A stretch of DNA of 64,000 nt. Source: Squalus acanthias (lineage: Eukaryota). Made by a program: the position numbers and the translations under genes. Positions 35,701-47,059 of this stretch are shown piece after piece (the first letter of the stretch is position 1; the number at the start of each line of letters is the position of its first letter). The notes beneath the pieces were generated by a model. The model searched no databases. It had not been told where the DNA came from and saw only the letters and a list, made by a program, of their open reading frames with translations. The stretch covers positions 8,248,001 to 8,312,000 of the forward strand of contig CM059433.1 in the NCBI GenBank assembly GCA_030390025.1. The letters are read 5' to 3'.

Positions 35701-36340
35701 CCTCCAAGTTCCCCTCCAAGTCACACACCATCCTGACTTGGAATTCTATCGCCGATCCTTCATCGTCGCTGGGTCAAAATCCTGGAACTCCCTCCCTAAA
35801 AGCACTGTGGGAGCACCTTCACCACACGGACTGCAGCGGTTCAAGAAGGCGGCTCACCACCACCTTCTCAAGGGCAATTAGGGATGGGCAATAAATGCTG
35901 GCCTTGCCAGCGACGCCCACATCCCGTGAACGAATAAAAAAAAAAGAATGACGTGTTAAACTGAGGTCCCGTCTGCCATCTCAGGTGTACATAAAAGATC
36001 CTGTGGCACTATTCGAAGCAGTGCAGGTGACATTTGTCCCTCACCCAACATCAGTGAAGCAGATTACATGGTCATTTTTCTCATTGCCGTTTATGGGACC
36101 TTGGAACAGTGATTACATTTCAAGAAGTACTGCATTGACTAGGAAGCGCATTGGGATGTCTTGAGGCCGGGAAAGGGACTATACAAATGCAAAGTGTCTT
36201 TTCTTCTTCATGGGCACAAATGGCTGCTGCATTTCCCTACAGTACAACAGTGACTACAATTCAAAAAAGTACTTCATTGCATGTGAAGTGCTTTGGGACA
36301 TTCTGAGGTCATGAATTGCTCCATATAAATGTTCTTTATT
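32800..36340 (+). mobile_element. Old Deu-domain SINE (32800-32905 and 35946-36340) split by a 3-kb LINE
   Basis: Head tgtcagccttggctcaatggtag...gcactgtcagaggtg resumes as gttaaactgagg...aaaagatcc after the LINE poly-A. Confidence 0.75.
32908..35945 (+). mobile_element. Near-full-length CR1-group (Zenon/Crack-like) LINE: APE endonuclease plus RT, inactivated
   Basis: QQPDIVILTESYL, RQDRPTRGGG, GDFNVHH, LLDLVLTN, GPDNIP, DIKAVFDRVWH, GVPQGSV, FADD. Stops, frameshifts and an RT deletion. A-tail at 35936-35945. Confidence 0.93.
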
Positions 36341-36932
36341 TCTCCCGTTGCTTTACAATTGGAATTGCCATCCTGGAGTACTTATCAGTCTGCCTTCAGG
36401 AAAACAGGAGAATTGCACATGGAGCATGTGTGAGGGTATCAGTATCCACCAACACACAATGACGGGTCTTATTGTCACGGGCCTGGATTGTAACTCAATA
36501 CAGGGCAAGAAAGGTAAATCCCTCATTGTAGGGTCCACTGGTGAGAGTGTCCGATGATGCTGAACCCAAAAGAATATCTAGTCTAGACAAGAAACTTGGC
36601 TGAGGTGTCAAACAATAAGCCCCCATGGAATTATACACCGTCAATGCTATCAGGAATGGTGAGGAAAATATTGGCATGAAAAAATATCTGATGATCTATT
36701 ATAACTACTAGTATCAGCATTGCAATTAATTTGAATGTGGACAATCCAAAACTCCAGTGATCTAAATCCAACTATCAAATTGAAATCTGTCAAGTAAAGC
36801 CATCATGGGAGAAGCCAAACTGGCCATGGACTCAGCTGCATGCCCTTTACCAAACACTCGAGTATACCACAGCGAATACCTTCCATTGTGCTTCCAGGGA
36901 GTCTAATACAGACCCCACAAGAGACTGCCAGA

Positions 36933-37292
36933 GAATCAAATGCACTCCCTTTGCTAAAATGTACACTTCCCCCTCCATTGCCCCACTGAATTAGATGCAT
37001 TTCCATCACTGGTCTGGCAAAGAGCCAGATGCATTCCCATCATTGGACACTTGGGGAATCGTACAGATTCCCATCACCCCTCCCCAACCACCCCGTCCCC
37101 CCTCAGCGAATCACATGCATTCCTATGACCAGACAACATAGGAATAATTTGTATTCCTATCACTAGACTATCCCAGGAAATCAAAAATGTAGGCTGCACC
37201 GTACCACAGGGGCTCAGATGTATTCCCATCACTGGACCATCTCGTCCCTCTTCTGGACTACTGTGAAATCAAATAGATATTCTTCACTCGAC
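36933..37292. repeat. Degenerate ~34-bp array, consensus gaatcanatgcattcccatcactggac, ~9 units
   Basis: Units start near 36933, 36988, 37022, 37056, 37108, 37142, 37177, 37211 and 37266. Confidence 0.75.
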
Positions 37293-37578
37293 TGCTACAC
37301 AACTAGATGTGTAGAGTCATTACATAACTGTAAAAAACCAGCTGTGGCTCAGTGGGCAGCACACTTGCTTCTGAGTCAGAAGGCTGTGGGTTTACGTCCC
37401 ACTTCCAGGGACTTGAGCACATACAGTTAGGCTGACACTTCAGTGCAGTACTGAGGGAGTGCCGCACTGTCGGAGGTGCCGTCTTTCAGGTGAGACTTTA
37501 AGCCAAGGCCCTGTCTGCTCTCTCAAGTGGATGTAAAAGATCCCAAGGCACTATTTCGAAGAACAACAGGGGAGTTAT

Positions 37579-37612
37579 GTCTGACGAAGGGTTTCGACCT
37601 GAAACGTTAACT
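37579..37612 (+). ncRNA. Minimal hammerhead ribozyme motif (family B)
   Basis: CTGACGA-A-GGGT-ttcg-ACCT-GAAA-CGTT-aact. Confidence 0.7.
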
Positions 37613-37709
37613 CTGTTTCTCTCTCCACGGATGTTGCCTGGCCTGCTGAGTTTTTCCAGCGTTTTCTGTTGTTGTATCAATTTTCCAGCATCCGCAGTAT
37701 TTTGCTATC
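37582..37709 (+). mobile_element. Penelope-like 3' mini-insert (family B)
   Basis: 10-bp TSD gagttatgtc at 37572-37581 and 37710-37719. Homologous to 42440-42535. Confidence 0.87.
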
Positions 37710-38351
37710 GAGTTATGTCCGGTGTCCTGGCCAATATTTATCCCTCAATCAACATTACAAAAAAAACAGATTGTCTGGTCGTTATCACATTGCTGTTTGT
37801 GGGAGCTTGCTGTGCGCAAATTGGCTGCCGTGTTTCCTACATTACAACAGCGACTACACTCCAAAAATTACTTCATTGGCTGTAAAGCGCTTTGAAACGT
37901 CCGGTTCTCATGAAAGGCGCTATAGAAATGCAAGTCTTTATTTTTCTTTTTACATTTAATCGCTACAATTATGGAAAGATGATCACAGGTGAGGCAGATG
38001 CACAAAAACAATCCACCCCTATCCTTGGATTCTTTTGATATCGTCATCAGATCTGTATTTACACAGCACCTTTTGCATCCACAGGATATCCCAAAGCGCT
38101 TCACAGCCAATGAATTACTTTGGAAGGGTAGTCTCTGCCAGTCTACTCACAGCAAGGTCCCACAAACAGAAATGAGATAACGGCCAGTTAACTGTGTTTG
38201 GTGGTATTGGTTGAAGGGTAAATGTTAGCTTTGACACCCGGAGAATTCCTGTGCTTCTCTTCAAACAATGCCGTTGTATCTTTTCCTACCACCTGAACAG
38301 GACCCTCAGAAATATCAGTCTAAATGATGTGTCAAGTCCAGGCATGGGGTT

Positions 38352-38850
38352 TAAGAACATAAGAACATAAGACATAGGAGCAGGAGTGGGTCATTTGGCC
38401 CCTCGAGCCTGCTCCGCCATTCAATAAGATCATGGCTGATCTGATCTTGGCCTCAACTCCACTTCCCTGCCCGCTCCCCATAACCCTTGACTCCCTTATC
38501 ATTCAAAAATCTGTCTATCTCCACCTTAAATATATTCAATGACCCAGCCTCCACAGGTCTCTGGGGAAGAGAATTCCAAAGATTCACGACCCTCTGAGAG
38601 AAGAAATTCCTCCTCATCTCCGTTTTAATTGGGTGCCCCCTTAATCTGAAATTATGCCCCCCTAGTTCTAGATTCCCCCACGAGGGGAAACATCCTCTCT
38701 GCATCTACCCTGTCCAGCCCCCTCAGAATCTTATATGTTTCAATAAGATCCCCTCTCATTCTTCTAAACTCCAATGAGTATAGGCCCAACCTGCTCAACC
38801 TTTCTTCATAAGACAACCCCCTTCATCTCCGGAATCAACCTCGTGAACCC
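38352..38850 (-). mobile_element. CR1 3' fragment
   Basis: (aagaacat)n tail. EMRRNFFSQRVVNLWNSLP. Confidence 0.92.
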
Positions 38851-39406
38851 ACAGCCTTCTGACTCAGAGGCAAGAGTGCTACCATTGAGCCAAATGGACA
38901 CAAATATAACCCTTAAAATAACATTGCCCATAAATAGAAACATAAACAGCAAGTTGTGGCTCTGCACTTGCAATGTATCCAAATGGTCATAACTGGGCCA
39001 ACATTAATATTTTCTGTTTGAATGTTTGAATTTTGTCTCAATTCAGACCCACTCTGGACTTGGAATTTTCAGTTTGATGCTCATCTCCAGTTGGCAGGCT
39101 ATTAAAGTCTTTGTCGCCTGGCTAAGATTATTGCCATTTGGGATCAGATTCACAATATTGGGCATTAACTGAATAGAAGCTTTGAACCTGCTGTTTGTTG
39201 CATCAAACCTACAAGAACAAAAAAAGAATGCTTTGAAGTTTCAGTCTCAATCCAACTCAAATTGAAAGTGTATGATAATATTGTAACTTCTAACACCGGG
39301 GCACACATTTATCTGCAGATATCATTGCCACGAATCACAACCTAGTCTCCCGTGTCACTTGTGAAATATATCAAATTCTCAAATTGAAATAAATTATTTA
39401 TTGTTT

Positions 39407-39866
39407 TCAACCGGGATCTTGGGTTCATGTGACGCTACATGTAACCCCACCTGACGTAGAGTCATCCAGACTCGAGTCGTCGTTGGCTTGTTCTCTCTAC
39501 ACAGATGCGGCCGGACCTGCTGTGATTTCCAGCAAAAAAAGTTTTTTGTTTTCCATACAGACCCCAGCATCTGCCACATTTGACCCTTTGTGACCCCACC
39601 TCATTGTCTTTGATGCAATGTTTTCCTGACTGACCTGTTTGGACACCATCCACACCTTTGATTGCTGGGATTATCTCTCTGCCGAGGTGTGATTAAGGGC
39701 AGTTGGAAAGATTAACTGTAATCATCTGGCAGTGTTCTCTGACTATATATGCTGTGCCTATATGCATCTCTTCACTTCACCTGACGAAGGAGCAGCGCTC
39801 CGAAAGCTTGTGATTTCAAATAAAGCTGTTGGACTATAACCTGGTGTTGTGCGACTTCTCACATTT
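39407..39866 (+). mobile_element. Penelope-like element 3' fragment (family A)
   Basis: tcaaccgggatcttgggttcatgt matches the ORF end at 25474. The 3' part matches 25820-25910 and 60818-60907. Confidence 0.88.
39777..39813 (+). ncRNA. Minimal hammerhead ribozyme motif, canonical core
   Basis: tcac-CTGACGA-A-GGAGC-agc-GCTCC-GAAA-GCTT-gtga. Confidence 0.8.
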
Positions 39867-40179
39867 GTTTTTGTAGACATTCGACCAGATTAATCCAATT
39901 AAATAATACGCATTGTTCACATGTGGACCTAGGAGTGGATTTCTTTGGGGGAGGGAATAATATTGAGGGCGACGCGAGGGTTTCCTGTTTGTATTAGGAA
40001 GTCTGCATCAACCATCTGGACAGACAGGCAAGACCTCAGTTTCCGAAGGACAACCCCAGCAACAGTGCACCGTGGTCGCAGTGTTAGGTATGAGCTCAGA
40101 TTACGCCAGCTGGGAGCTGAAGCCCGAGCACCTGCCACTTCAGAGAGGAGGTACTGGAGTGGTAACGGAACTGAGCACT

Positions 40180-40330
40180 AGAAACATAGAAAAATAGGAG
40201 CAGGAGTAGGCCATTCGGCCCTTTGAGCCTGCTCCGCCATTCAATATGATCATGGCTGATCCTCTATCTCAATACCACATTCCCGCTCTCTCCCCATACC
40301 CCTTGACGCCTTTTGTATCTAGAAATCTAA
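40180..40330 (-). mobile_element. CR1 3' tail
   Basis: agaaacatagaaaaataggagcaggagtaggccattcggccc. Confidence 0.85.
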
Positions 40331-40599
40331 CAAGATAAAGGGCAGTGGATGGAGCAGTAAACATGCTGCTGATCCTGGAACCGTTGTCCCCCCCATATTA
40401 ATTCTAGATCGATACTCTGTAGAACTCCCATTCGCATGCAGGGTGTTGCAACAGCTCACCTTTACTGTCCACGTTGCAGCCACTATTTTTCACATTCTAA
40501 TTTCTTAACAGTCACATAGAATCGTAGAATGGTTACAGCACAGAACGAGGCCATTCGGCCCGTCGAGCACCGTGCCGGAAATTGATGGCACCCAGCTCT

Positions 40600-41170
40600 A
40601 CCACACCACCACCTCTCTCAACTTCTCCACTGCCTCTGTGCTGTCAGACTGCTTGTCCGACATCTAGTCCTGGATGAGCGGAAATTTCCCCCAATTAAAC
40701 ATTGGGAAGACCAAAGTCATTTTCCTCAGCCCCCTCCCGCCCCCCCACAAACTCAATTCCCTAGCCATCGATTCCATCCCCCATCTCACGACTCATCAGC
40801 CATACTTCATTTTCCCCTTAACACCTATATTCACATGTGCTTAATGTATATATCGAATCTTTTTTAAATTATCTTCACCTGCATGATGTATCATCCCTGA
40901 TTATAATCGCTCAACCTTTGGTGGCCGTGCCTTCTGTTGCCTGGGCCCTAAGCTCTGGAATTCCCTGCCTACACCTCTCCGCCTCGCTACCTCTCTTTCC
41001 TCCTTAAAGACGTTCCTTAAAACCTACCTCTTTGACCAAGCTTTTGGTCACCTGCCCTAATTTATCCTTATGTGGCTCAGTGTCAAATTTTTTGTCTTAA
41101 AATACTCCTGTGCAGCGCCTTGGGACGTTTTACTACGTTAAAGGCACTATATAAATGCAAGTTGTTGTGT
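40600..41170 (+). mobile_element. L2 fragments (internal 40600-40785 and 3' end 40890-41170)
   Basis: tcagactgcttgtccgacat...aaacattgggaagacc; catccctgattataatcgc...aaatgcaagttgttg. Confidence 0.85.
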
Positions 41171-41867
41171 TATTAAATGATTATAATATTCATAGAACTG
41201 GAATTGTGCCTTGTAGAGATGGAAACATTTATATTTATTTTCAAATATCTAGAAGTTTGTCTTAATTTACCTGGAACTATCAATAAATGTATGGAAATGG
41301 TTTCAGTGTGAATTCTAATACAGATATTGGCAGCAGTGTATTTTAAATTGCAGTCCTTGACCTCCGTGGTGTTGCTGAAGATCGAGGGCAGATGACAGGA
41401 TTGGAGTTTCCCCTCCCTCAGTGTCATTTATCATCACCCTCCCTGAGGCCCCACTATCACGGTTACCTATCCCGGGCCTGGCACCCTGGGCCAGTTATCT
41501 GCCCACACTGGGCTCAGACAGGCTTTGTGTGTTCTTCTGAACGCCTAGCCCTCCGGGAGATTATGGACAGGGCACGGGAGCTTATCCCTGGGCCCCCTGC
41601 CACTCCTAACAATGCTGCACTCGGGCCTTGGATCGCTGCCTCCGGGAAAATAGCAGGCGGGCTTCCGACAAGTCAATGGAGGAATTACTGCTCCAACATT
41701 GCAAAGCAAAATGCAAGAAAATGCATTATAATGACACGATTGCAAGTTGTGCCTATGCTGCAACGTTCGGGTCTTGCTTCAACACAAACATAATAAAGTC
41801 AGATCGGGAGTTAGACTCAGGTCAGACTGGGACACAGCAAAGAAAAGCTGGAGTATACTATAGCACA

Positions 41868-42535
41868 ATTTAGTATACTGTATTCGTTGCTCACGATGCA
41901 GTCTCCTCTACATTGGGGAGACCAAACGCAGATTGGGTGACCGCTTTGCGGAACAACCTCCGTTCAGTCCGTACGGGTGACCCCGAGCTTCTGGTCGCCT
42001 GTCACTTTAATTCTCCGCTCCACTCCCACTCTGACCTCTCCGTCCTCGGCCTCTTGCACTGTTCCAATGAAGCTCAACGCAAGCTCGAGGAACAGCACCT
42101 CATCTTTCTATCAGGCACTTTACAGCCTTCTGGAATTAACATCGAGTTCAACAATTTCAGACTATAAATTGGCCCCTGTATTTCTTTACATAGTTTTTTT
42201 CCCCTTGTTTCCTCACATGGTAGCTGTTACTGTTGCTGCCATCATCATTCACACATCATCTCGAGCCATCTTTTGTTTCTTAACTTGTCCCATTACCATC
42301 TCCTTTTGCCTCGCACCATCATCCCTTTTGTCAGTCAGTCTCTCCTGCCTTCCAGCCTATCACAGTCCTTCCCTTTGTTCTTTCCTCCCCTCCTCCCTGC
42401 CCCTGCTTAAAAATCTCTCTCCTCTAACCTTTTCCAGTTCTGACAAAGGGTCCTCGACCCGAAACGTTAACTCCGTTTCTCTCTCCTCGATGCTGCCTGA
42501 CCTGCTGAGTCTTTCCAGCACTTTCTGTTGTGTTA
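41868..42535 (+). mobile_element. Penelope-like element (family B), GIY-YIG domain plus 3' pseudo-LTR
   Basis: VYCIRCSRCSLLYIGETKRRLGDRFAE, frameshift, then LRSVR...VACHFNS...H...RKLEEQHLIF..GTLQPSGIN. Cys/His pattern typical of CCHH-type PLE endonucleases. Confidence 0.9.
42436..42472 (+). ncRNA. Minimal hammerhead ribozyme motif (family B, core mutated to CTGACAA)
   Basis: agtt-CTGACAA-A-GGGTC-ctc-GACCC-GAAA-CGTT-aact. Confidence 0.6.
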
Positions 42536-42815
42536 TTTAAGAAAAGCTGGAGCCTGAGGTACGCAGTGAGGGATATTGACAGCGTGCACGTGCACATAGG
42601 CTCCCTAAAGAGGTACTGAAGGGCAGGGCGCTGGCTCATGCACAGAGCCCGAACATTAATGGCAAGGAGGATGGAGGGAAAGACCGCCTGCTCTGAGATA
42701 GAGTGAATCTTATGTCCCAGCGCCCAAACAGGTCAGTGCTGGGGACAATAGGTGCTGAGTTACGAGTTTATGGATAGGATTGGTTTTATTTAGAGTGATT
42801 TTTAATAAAATTATC

Positions 42816-43552
42816 GGGCCGTATTTTCCGATCGGAGCTTCCTGCGTGCGGAGGCCTCCGATCTGGAAAAAATCTACGGACTTACCTGAGGGCTCCCGAG
42901 GTCCGGACACTTCCGATCCTGGGCCTCTCCAACTCCTAGTGCGCAGGGCCCGCGTATCCCAAGGGCGCAGGCGGTTCGCAAGCGTCCCTGGGATCACGTG
43001 ATCCATGGGGAGCCAATAGGAGAAGGGAATCTCCCTTTCACACTTGACAGATAGACCTGTCAAATATATGAATGGAGATCACCCCAAAAACACTGTAAAA
43101 CATTAAATCAATTTTTTTAAATCACCTTATTAAAATTAGTTGAAATTACAATAAATTAAATATTTTAAACAAAAATTTAACTTTTTGAAAAAATAATTAA
43201 AGTTTTTTACGGGGCTAAAAATAAACTTACCTTTTTTTAAAGTATTTTTAAATGATAAATGAGTGAAAACATTTTTTTTTTTTACTTTTTTCAACTCTTA
43301 TGCTGGTAAAAGCAGGCCTTACGCAGGCTTTTACCAGGCGTAAGATTTCTGAGGGTTTTCTGCGGGCGGAGGTTCTGCAGAAAGCGGAACTCTCCCCCCC
43401 GCAGAGGCCCTTCTCCAGGGCAGGCGTTTGATCTGTCAAGAGTGCCGGTTTTCAGCGCATGTGCTTCGCACGCCTGAAACCGGCATTTCCGATGTCCCTA
43501 CGGGTGTGTACACAGCTCGTACACACCCGTAGGCATTGGAAAATACGGGCCC
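42816..43552. mobile_element. MITE distantly related to the 19-kb and 32-kb family
   Basis: TIR gggccgtattttcc / ggaaaatacgggccc. Shares gggatcacgtga..gagccaat, aaataaacttacct and tgccggttttcagcgcatg blocks. Confidence 0.85.
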
Positions 43553-43940
43553 ATTATGTTATAAATATAATGACAGGAATGGGTCAGAAAGCAATGCGGT
43601 CGTCAAAACCAACTTGTTAAAAATCTTTTGGAGCGATTTGGTTGGCTGGTTCTCTGGTACTTGCTGGCTGGTGATGGGTAGCTGTCTCCTCGCTCTTTAT
43701 TGAATGGAAGTAGTTATCGGTTGGTGGAGATTTTGGTTCATTTTTCAGTGGTTGCTGCTTGTGCAGGACCATCTCCAGCAAACTCTGCAAGCCCAACGTT
43801 GAATTTGCGCTCTGAAAATCGACCTGACGAGAAGGAATTTTTACCTCATCAACTCCGTGGAATCGCCTTGCACCAGTATCTGCCAGAACAGCTGCCACTG
43901 GCAAAAAAAAAAGTAAAACTAGCCCCACAAAATATGTAGT

Positions 43941-44402
43941 AAAGAAAGACTTGCATTTCTATAGCGCCTTTCACGACCACCGGACATCTCAAAGCGCTTT
44001 ACAGCCAATGAAGTACTTTTGAGTGTAGTCACTGTTGTAATGTGGGAAACGCTTCAGCCAATTTGCGCACAGCAAGCTCCCACAAACAGCAATGTGATAA
44101 TGACCAGATAATCTGTTTATTGTTATGTTGGTTGAGGGATAAATATTGGCCCCAGGACACCGGGGATAACTCCCCTGCTCTTCTTCAAAATAGTGCCATG
44201 GGGATCTTTTACGTTCACCTGAGAGAGCAGACGGGGCCTCGGTTTAACGTCTCATCCGAAAGACGGCACCTCCGACAGTGCAGCACTCCCTCAGCACTGC
44301 ACTGGAGTGTCAGCCTAGCTTTATGAGCTCAAGTCCCTGGAGTGGGGACTGTGAACCCACAACCTTCTGACTCAGAGGCGAGTGTGCTACCCACTGAGCC
44401 AC
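43941..44402 (-). mobile_element. Deu-domain tRNA SINE
   Basis: Reverse complement of the family consensus; the head abuts the RTE tail. Confidence 0.93.
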
Positions 44403-45022
44403 TTCTTCTTCTTAGGCATTCCCTCGGAACCGAGGATGACTTGCTTCTCCATTAAAAATGAGTTCTCAGGTGACTGATGAGTCCAATGCGGGACCTACAG
44501 TCTCTGTCACAGGTGCGGCAGACGGTGGTTGAAGGGGCGGGTGGGTGGGTTGCTTGGGTTGACGTGCACTCCTTGCGCTGCTTGCGCTTGGCTTCCGCTT
44601 GCTCCCAGCGAAGAGACTCGAGGTGTTCAGGCGCCTTCCCGGATGCTTCTCCTCCACTTTGTGCGGTCTTGGGCCAGGGATTCCCAGGTGTCAGTGGGGA
44701 TGTTGTACTTTTTCAAGGAGGCTTTGAGGGTGTCCTTGAAGCGTTTCCTCTGCCCACCTGGGGCTCTCTTGCCGTGTCGGAGCTCCGAGTAGAGTGCTTG
44801 TTTTAGGAGTCTCGTATCGGGCATGCGGACGACGTGACCCGTCCATCGGAGCTGATCGAGCGTAGTCAAAGCTTCGATGCTGGGGATGCTGGCCTGAGCG
44901 AGAACACTGACGTTGATGCGCCTATCCTGCCAATGGATTTGCAGGATCTTGCGGAGGCAGCGTTGGTGGTACCTCTCCAGTGCTTTGAGGTGCCTGCTGT
45001 ACATGGTCCATCTCTCTGAGGC
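44403..45022 (-). mobile_element. RTE (BovB-like) LINE 3' fragment
   Basis: WTMYSRHLKALERYHQRCLRKIL...LRWTGHVVRM...GGQRKRFKDTLK. (ctt)n tail. Confidence 0.93.
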
Positions 45023-46181
45023 ATACCTACCCACTCAGCTACTGTACAAGAACAAAACACAGAGTAGTGATTTCAGGACATTTGGAATTTGGTGCTTCCA
45101 TGAGATTGCTACTTGATCACTCCCAGATATTCAGTAGTGTTACATCTGTACAAGATCCAGTATGTTTTGCAGCCCTACATCTGTATGACAGACTGTGTCT
45201 GAAAGCCCTCTGCTTCTGTCAGCTGATGCTACGACCCTCAGGTGGCAGCAGAAACTTGAAAAAAGCTTCCCCGTCTTGTCGCTGGGCAAGAAGCCACCCG
45301 GGAGAGCTCAGCTGTTGTAATGGTGGCTGTTAGTTGCGGCAAGGAGAAATTGACAGCAGTAATGGAAGCTACAAAACTGCAATTGGAAAAGCACAAATGG
45401 AAAAGCACAGAAGCATTAAAAACCAGAAAGCAGTTGGCTAGAAGGCTATAATGTGCTCTCTGGAGTCGGAATGATGCTCTCCAAATGGCCGAGGCTTCGC
45501 TCTCACAATTCATATTATCTTTGCCCCCTTGAGTGTGCTAGAGTTTTTGTAATATACTCCCGTTCATCTGTTATTCCTTATGTATGTTATGGCACACGCA
45601 AAACATAATTGTGTGCGCAGTGATGGATATGAAGGCGATCTGATTGCAGCGTGGCTTAGTTAAGAGGAAGTGTTTTGACGTTGAATTGTTCAACATGCAA
45701 GCTTGGTTTCCAGAAACTAATCCTAATTTGTTCTGAGGGAAGGCAGGTGAAGAGGTTACATCCTCCGAACATTAATGCTTTCAGGTATCCAAAGAAATGG
45801 TTGACATGAAATAGCTTTTTTATCATAACAGTTCTCATTATCTGACTGAAGGAACATCAGAAAAATATAATAGACAGAATTTACAGATGTCCAGCAGATG
45901 GAAATTTCAGCTGAAACAATTTATGTGCTAATAAAAAATATGCATATGACAGAAATTGACAGAGGGCAAATATGATTTAAGCAACTGTATGGTGCACAGC
46001 TGAATTCCGACAAACCCATCTGGGAAATAAGCAGAAAAACATTTAGTGGGAGTTGTTTAGTTTTTGTTGGGGCTTTTAAAGCTGCTGCTGAACTCGGCAC
46101 TGCCGATCGAACGTGCAGCGGCCACGGCAGGAACAGCGATTCCAGCACACGGCCAAGTGTCATCTGTGGAAGAGCTGCTTC

Positions 46182-46785
46182 GAACATAAGAACATAAGAA
46201 ATAGGAGCAGGAGTAGGCCACTCGGCCCCTCGAGCCTGCTCCGCCATTCAATAAGATCATGGCTGATCTTGGGCTCAAAGCCACTTCCCCGCCCGCTCCC
46301 CATAACCCTTCTGTCATAAATCGCAAGTAACAACTCAGGAAGTACTACTGGGCGGCCAGCTGGGGCGCCGTCCAGGGAGTATAAATACTCAGGCATGGGC
46401 CCACCTTGGGCAGAGACAATCTGTAAACAGGAAGCTAGTGACTGCTAACTAGACTTCCATGTTTTGTTACAAGTTGATTAAAGCCTTGCTTTATGTTCAA
46501 GTGCGTAGTGAGTCTTTATTACGTCACCTTCACTCCCTTATCTTGCAAAAAATTGTCTATCTCCACCTTAAATGTATTTAATGACCCAGCCTCCACAGCT
46601 CTCTGGGGCAGAGAATTCCACAGATTTACGACCCTCTGAGAGAAGAAATTCCTCCTCATCTCAGCTCTAAAAGATCGACCCCTTATTCTGAGACTGTGCC
46701 CCCGAGTTCTAGATTTCCCCACGAGGGGAAACATCCTCTCTGCATCTACCCTGTCGAGCCCCCTCAGTATCTTACATGTTTCGAT
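46182..46785 (-). mobile_element. CR1 3' fragment containing a solo LTR
   Basis: KILRGLDRVDAERMFPL...RRNFFSQRVVNLWNSLP. aacataag tail. Confidence 0.92.
46312..46526 (+). mobile_element. Solo LTR (215 bp)
   Basis: TG...CA termini. 5-bp TSD ccttc at 46307-46311 and 46527-46531. gtccagggagtataaatactc core and ATTAAA. Confidence 0.88.
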
Positions 46786-47059
46786 AGTTAGCAAACATCG
46801 AAACAATTCTCAGAACTAACATGGCCGTTCAGGGCCCGATTTAAAACGCCGCACTTGGAACTGCGCCTCGGGACGCTTTACTACATTAAAGGTGCTGTAT
46901 CAAGGCAAGCTGTTGTTGTAACTACTCAGTGTGACTTCCAATGCATTAAACTGCCACGGGCCGCGTTTCCCACATTACAACAGTGACGGCACTTCGAAAA
47001 TACTTCATTGGCTGTAAAGCGCTTTCAATCGTCCTGAGGTTGTGAAAGGTGCTATAAAA

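Larger units (their letters stand above)
37339..37950 (+). mobile_element. Full-length Deu-domain tRNA SINE with a Penelope mini-insert
   Basis: Head cagctgtggctcagtggg through the tail aaggcgctatagaaatgcaagtc. Confidence 0.92.

Noticed and set aside
36933..37292. CRISPR array interpretation
   Set aside because: Repeats are highly degenerate, intervals are mostly ~7 nt, and there are no cas genes.
39448..39485. Additional hammerhead (cacCTGACGTagagtc...gactcgag)
   Set aside because: It has a stem but lacks the GA of CUGANGA and the GAAA core.
43617..43928. Secreted protein with signal peptide MGLVLLFFLPVAAVLA
   Set aside because: The start is GTG and the hydrophobic stretch is a translated poly-T tract, better read as a splice acceptor or simple sequence.
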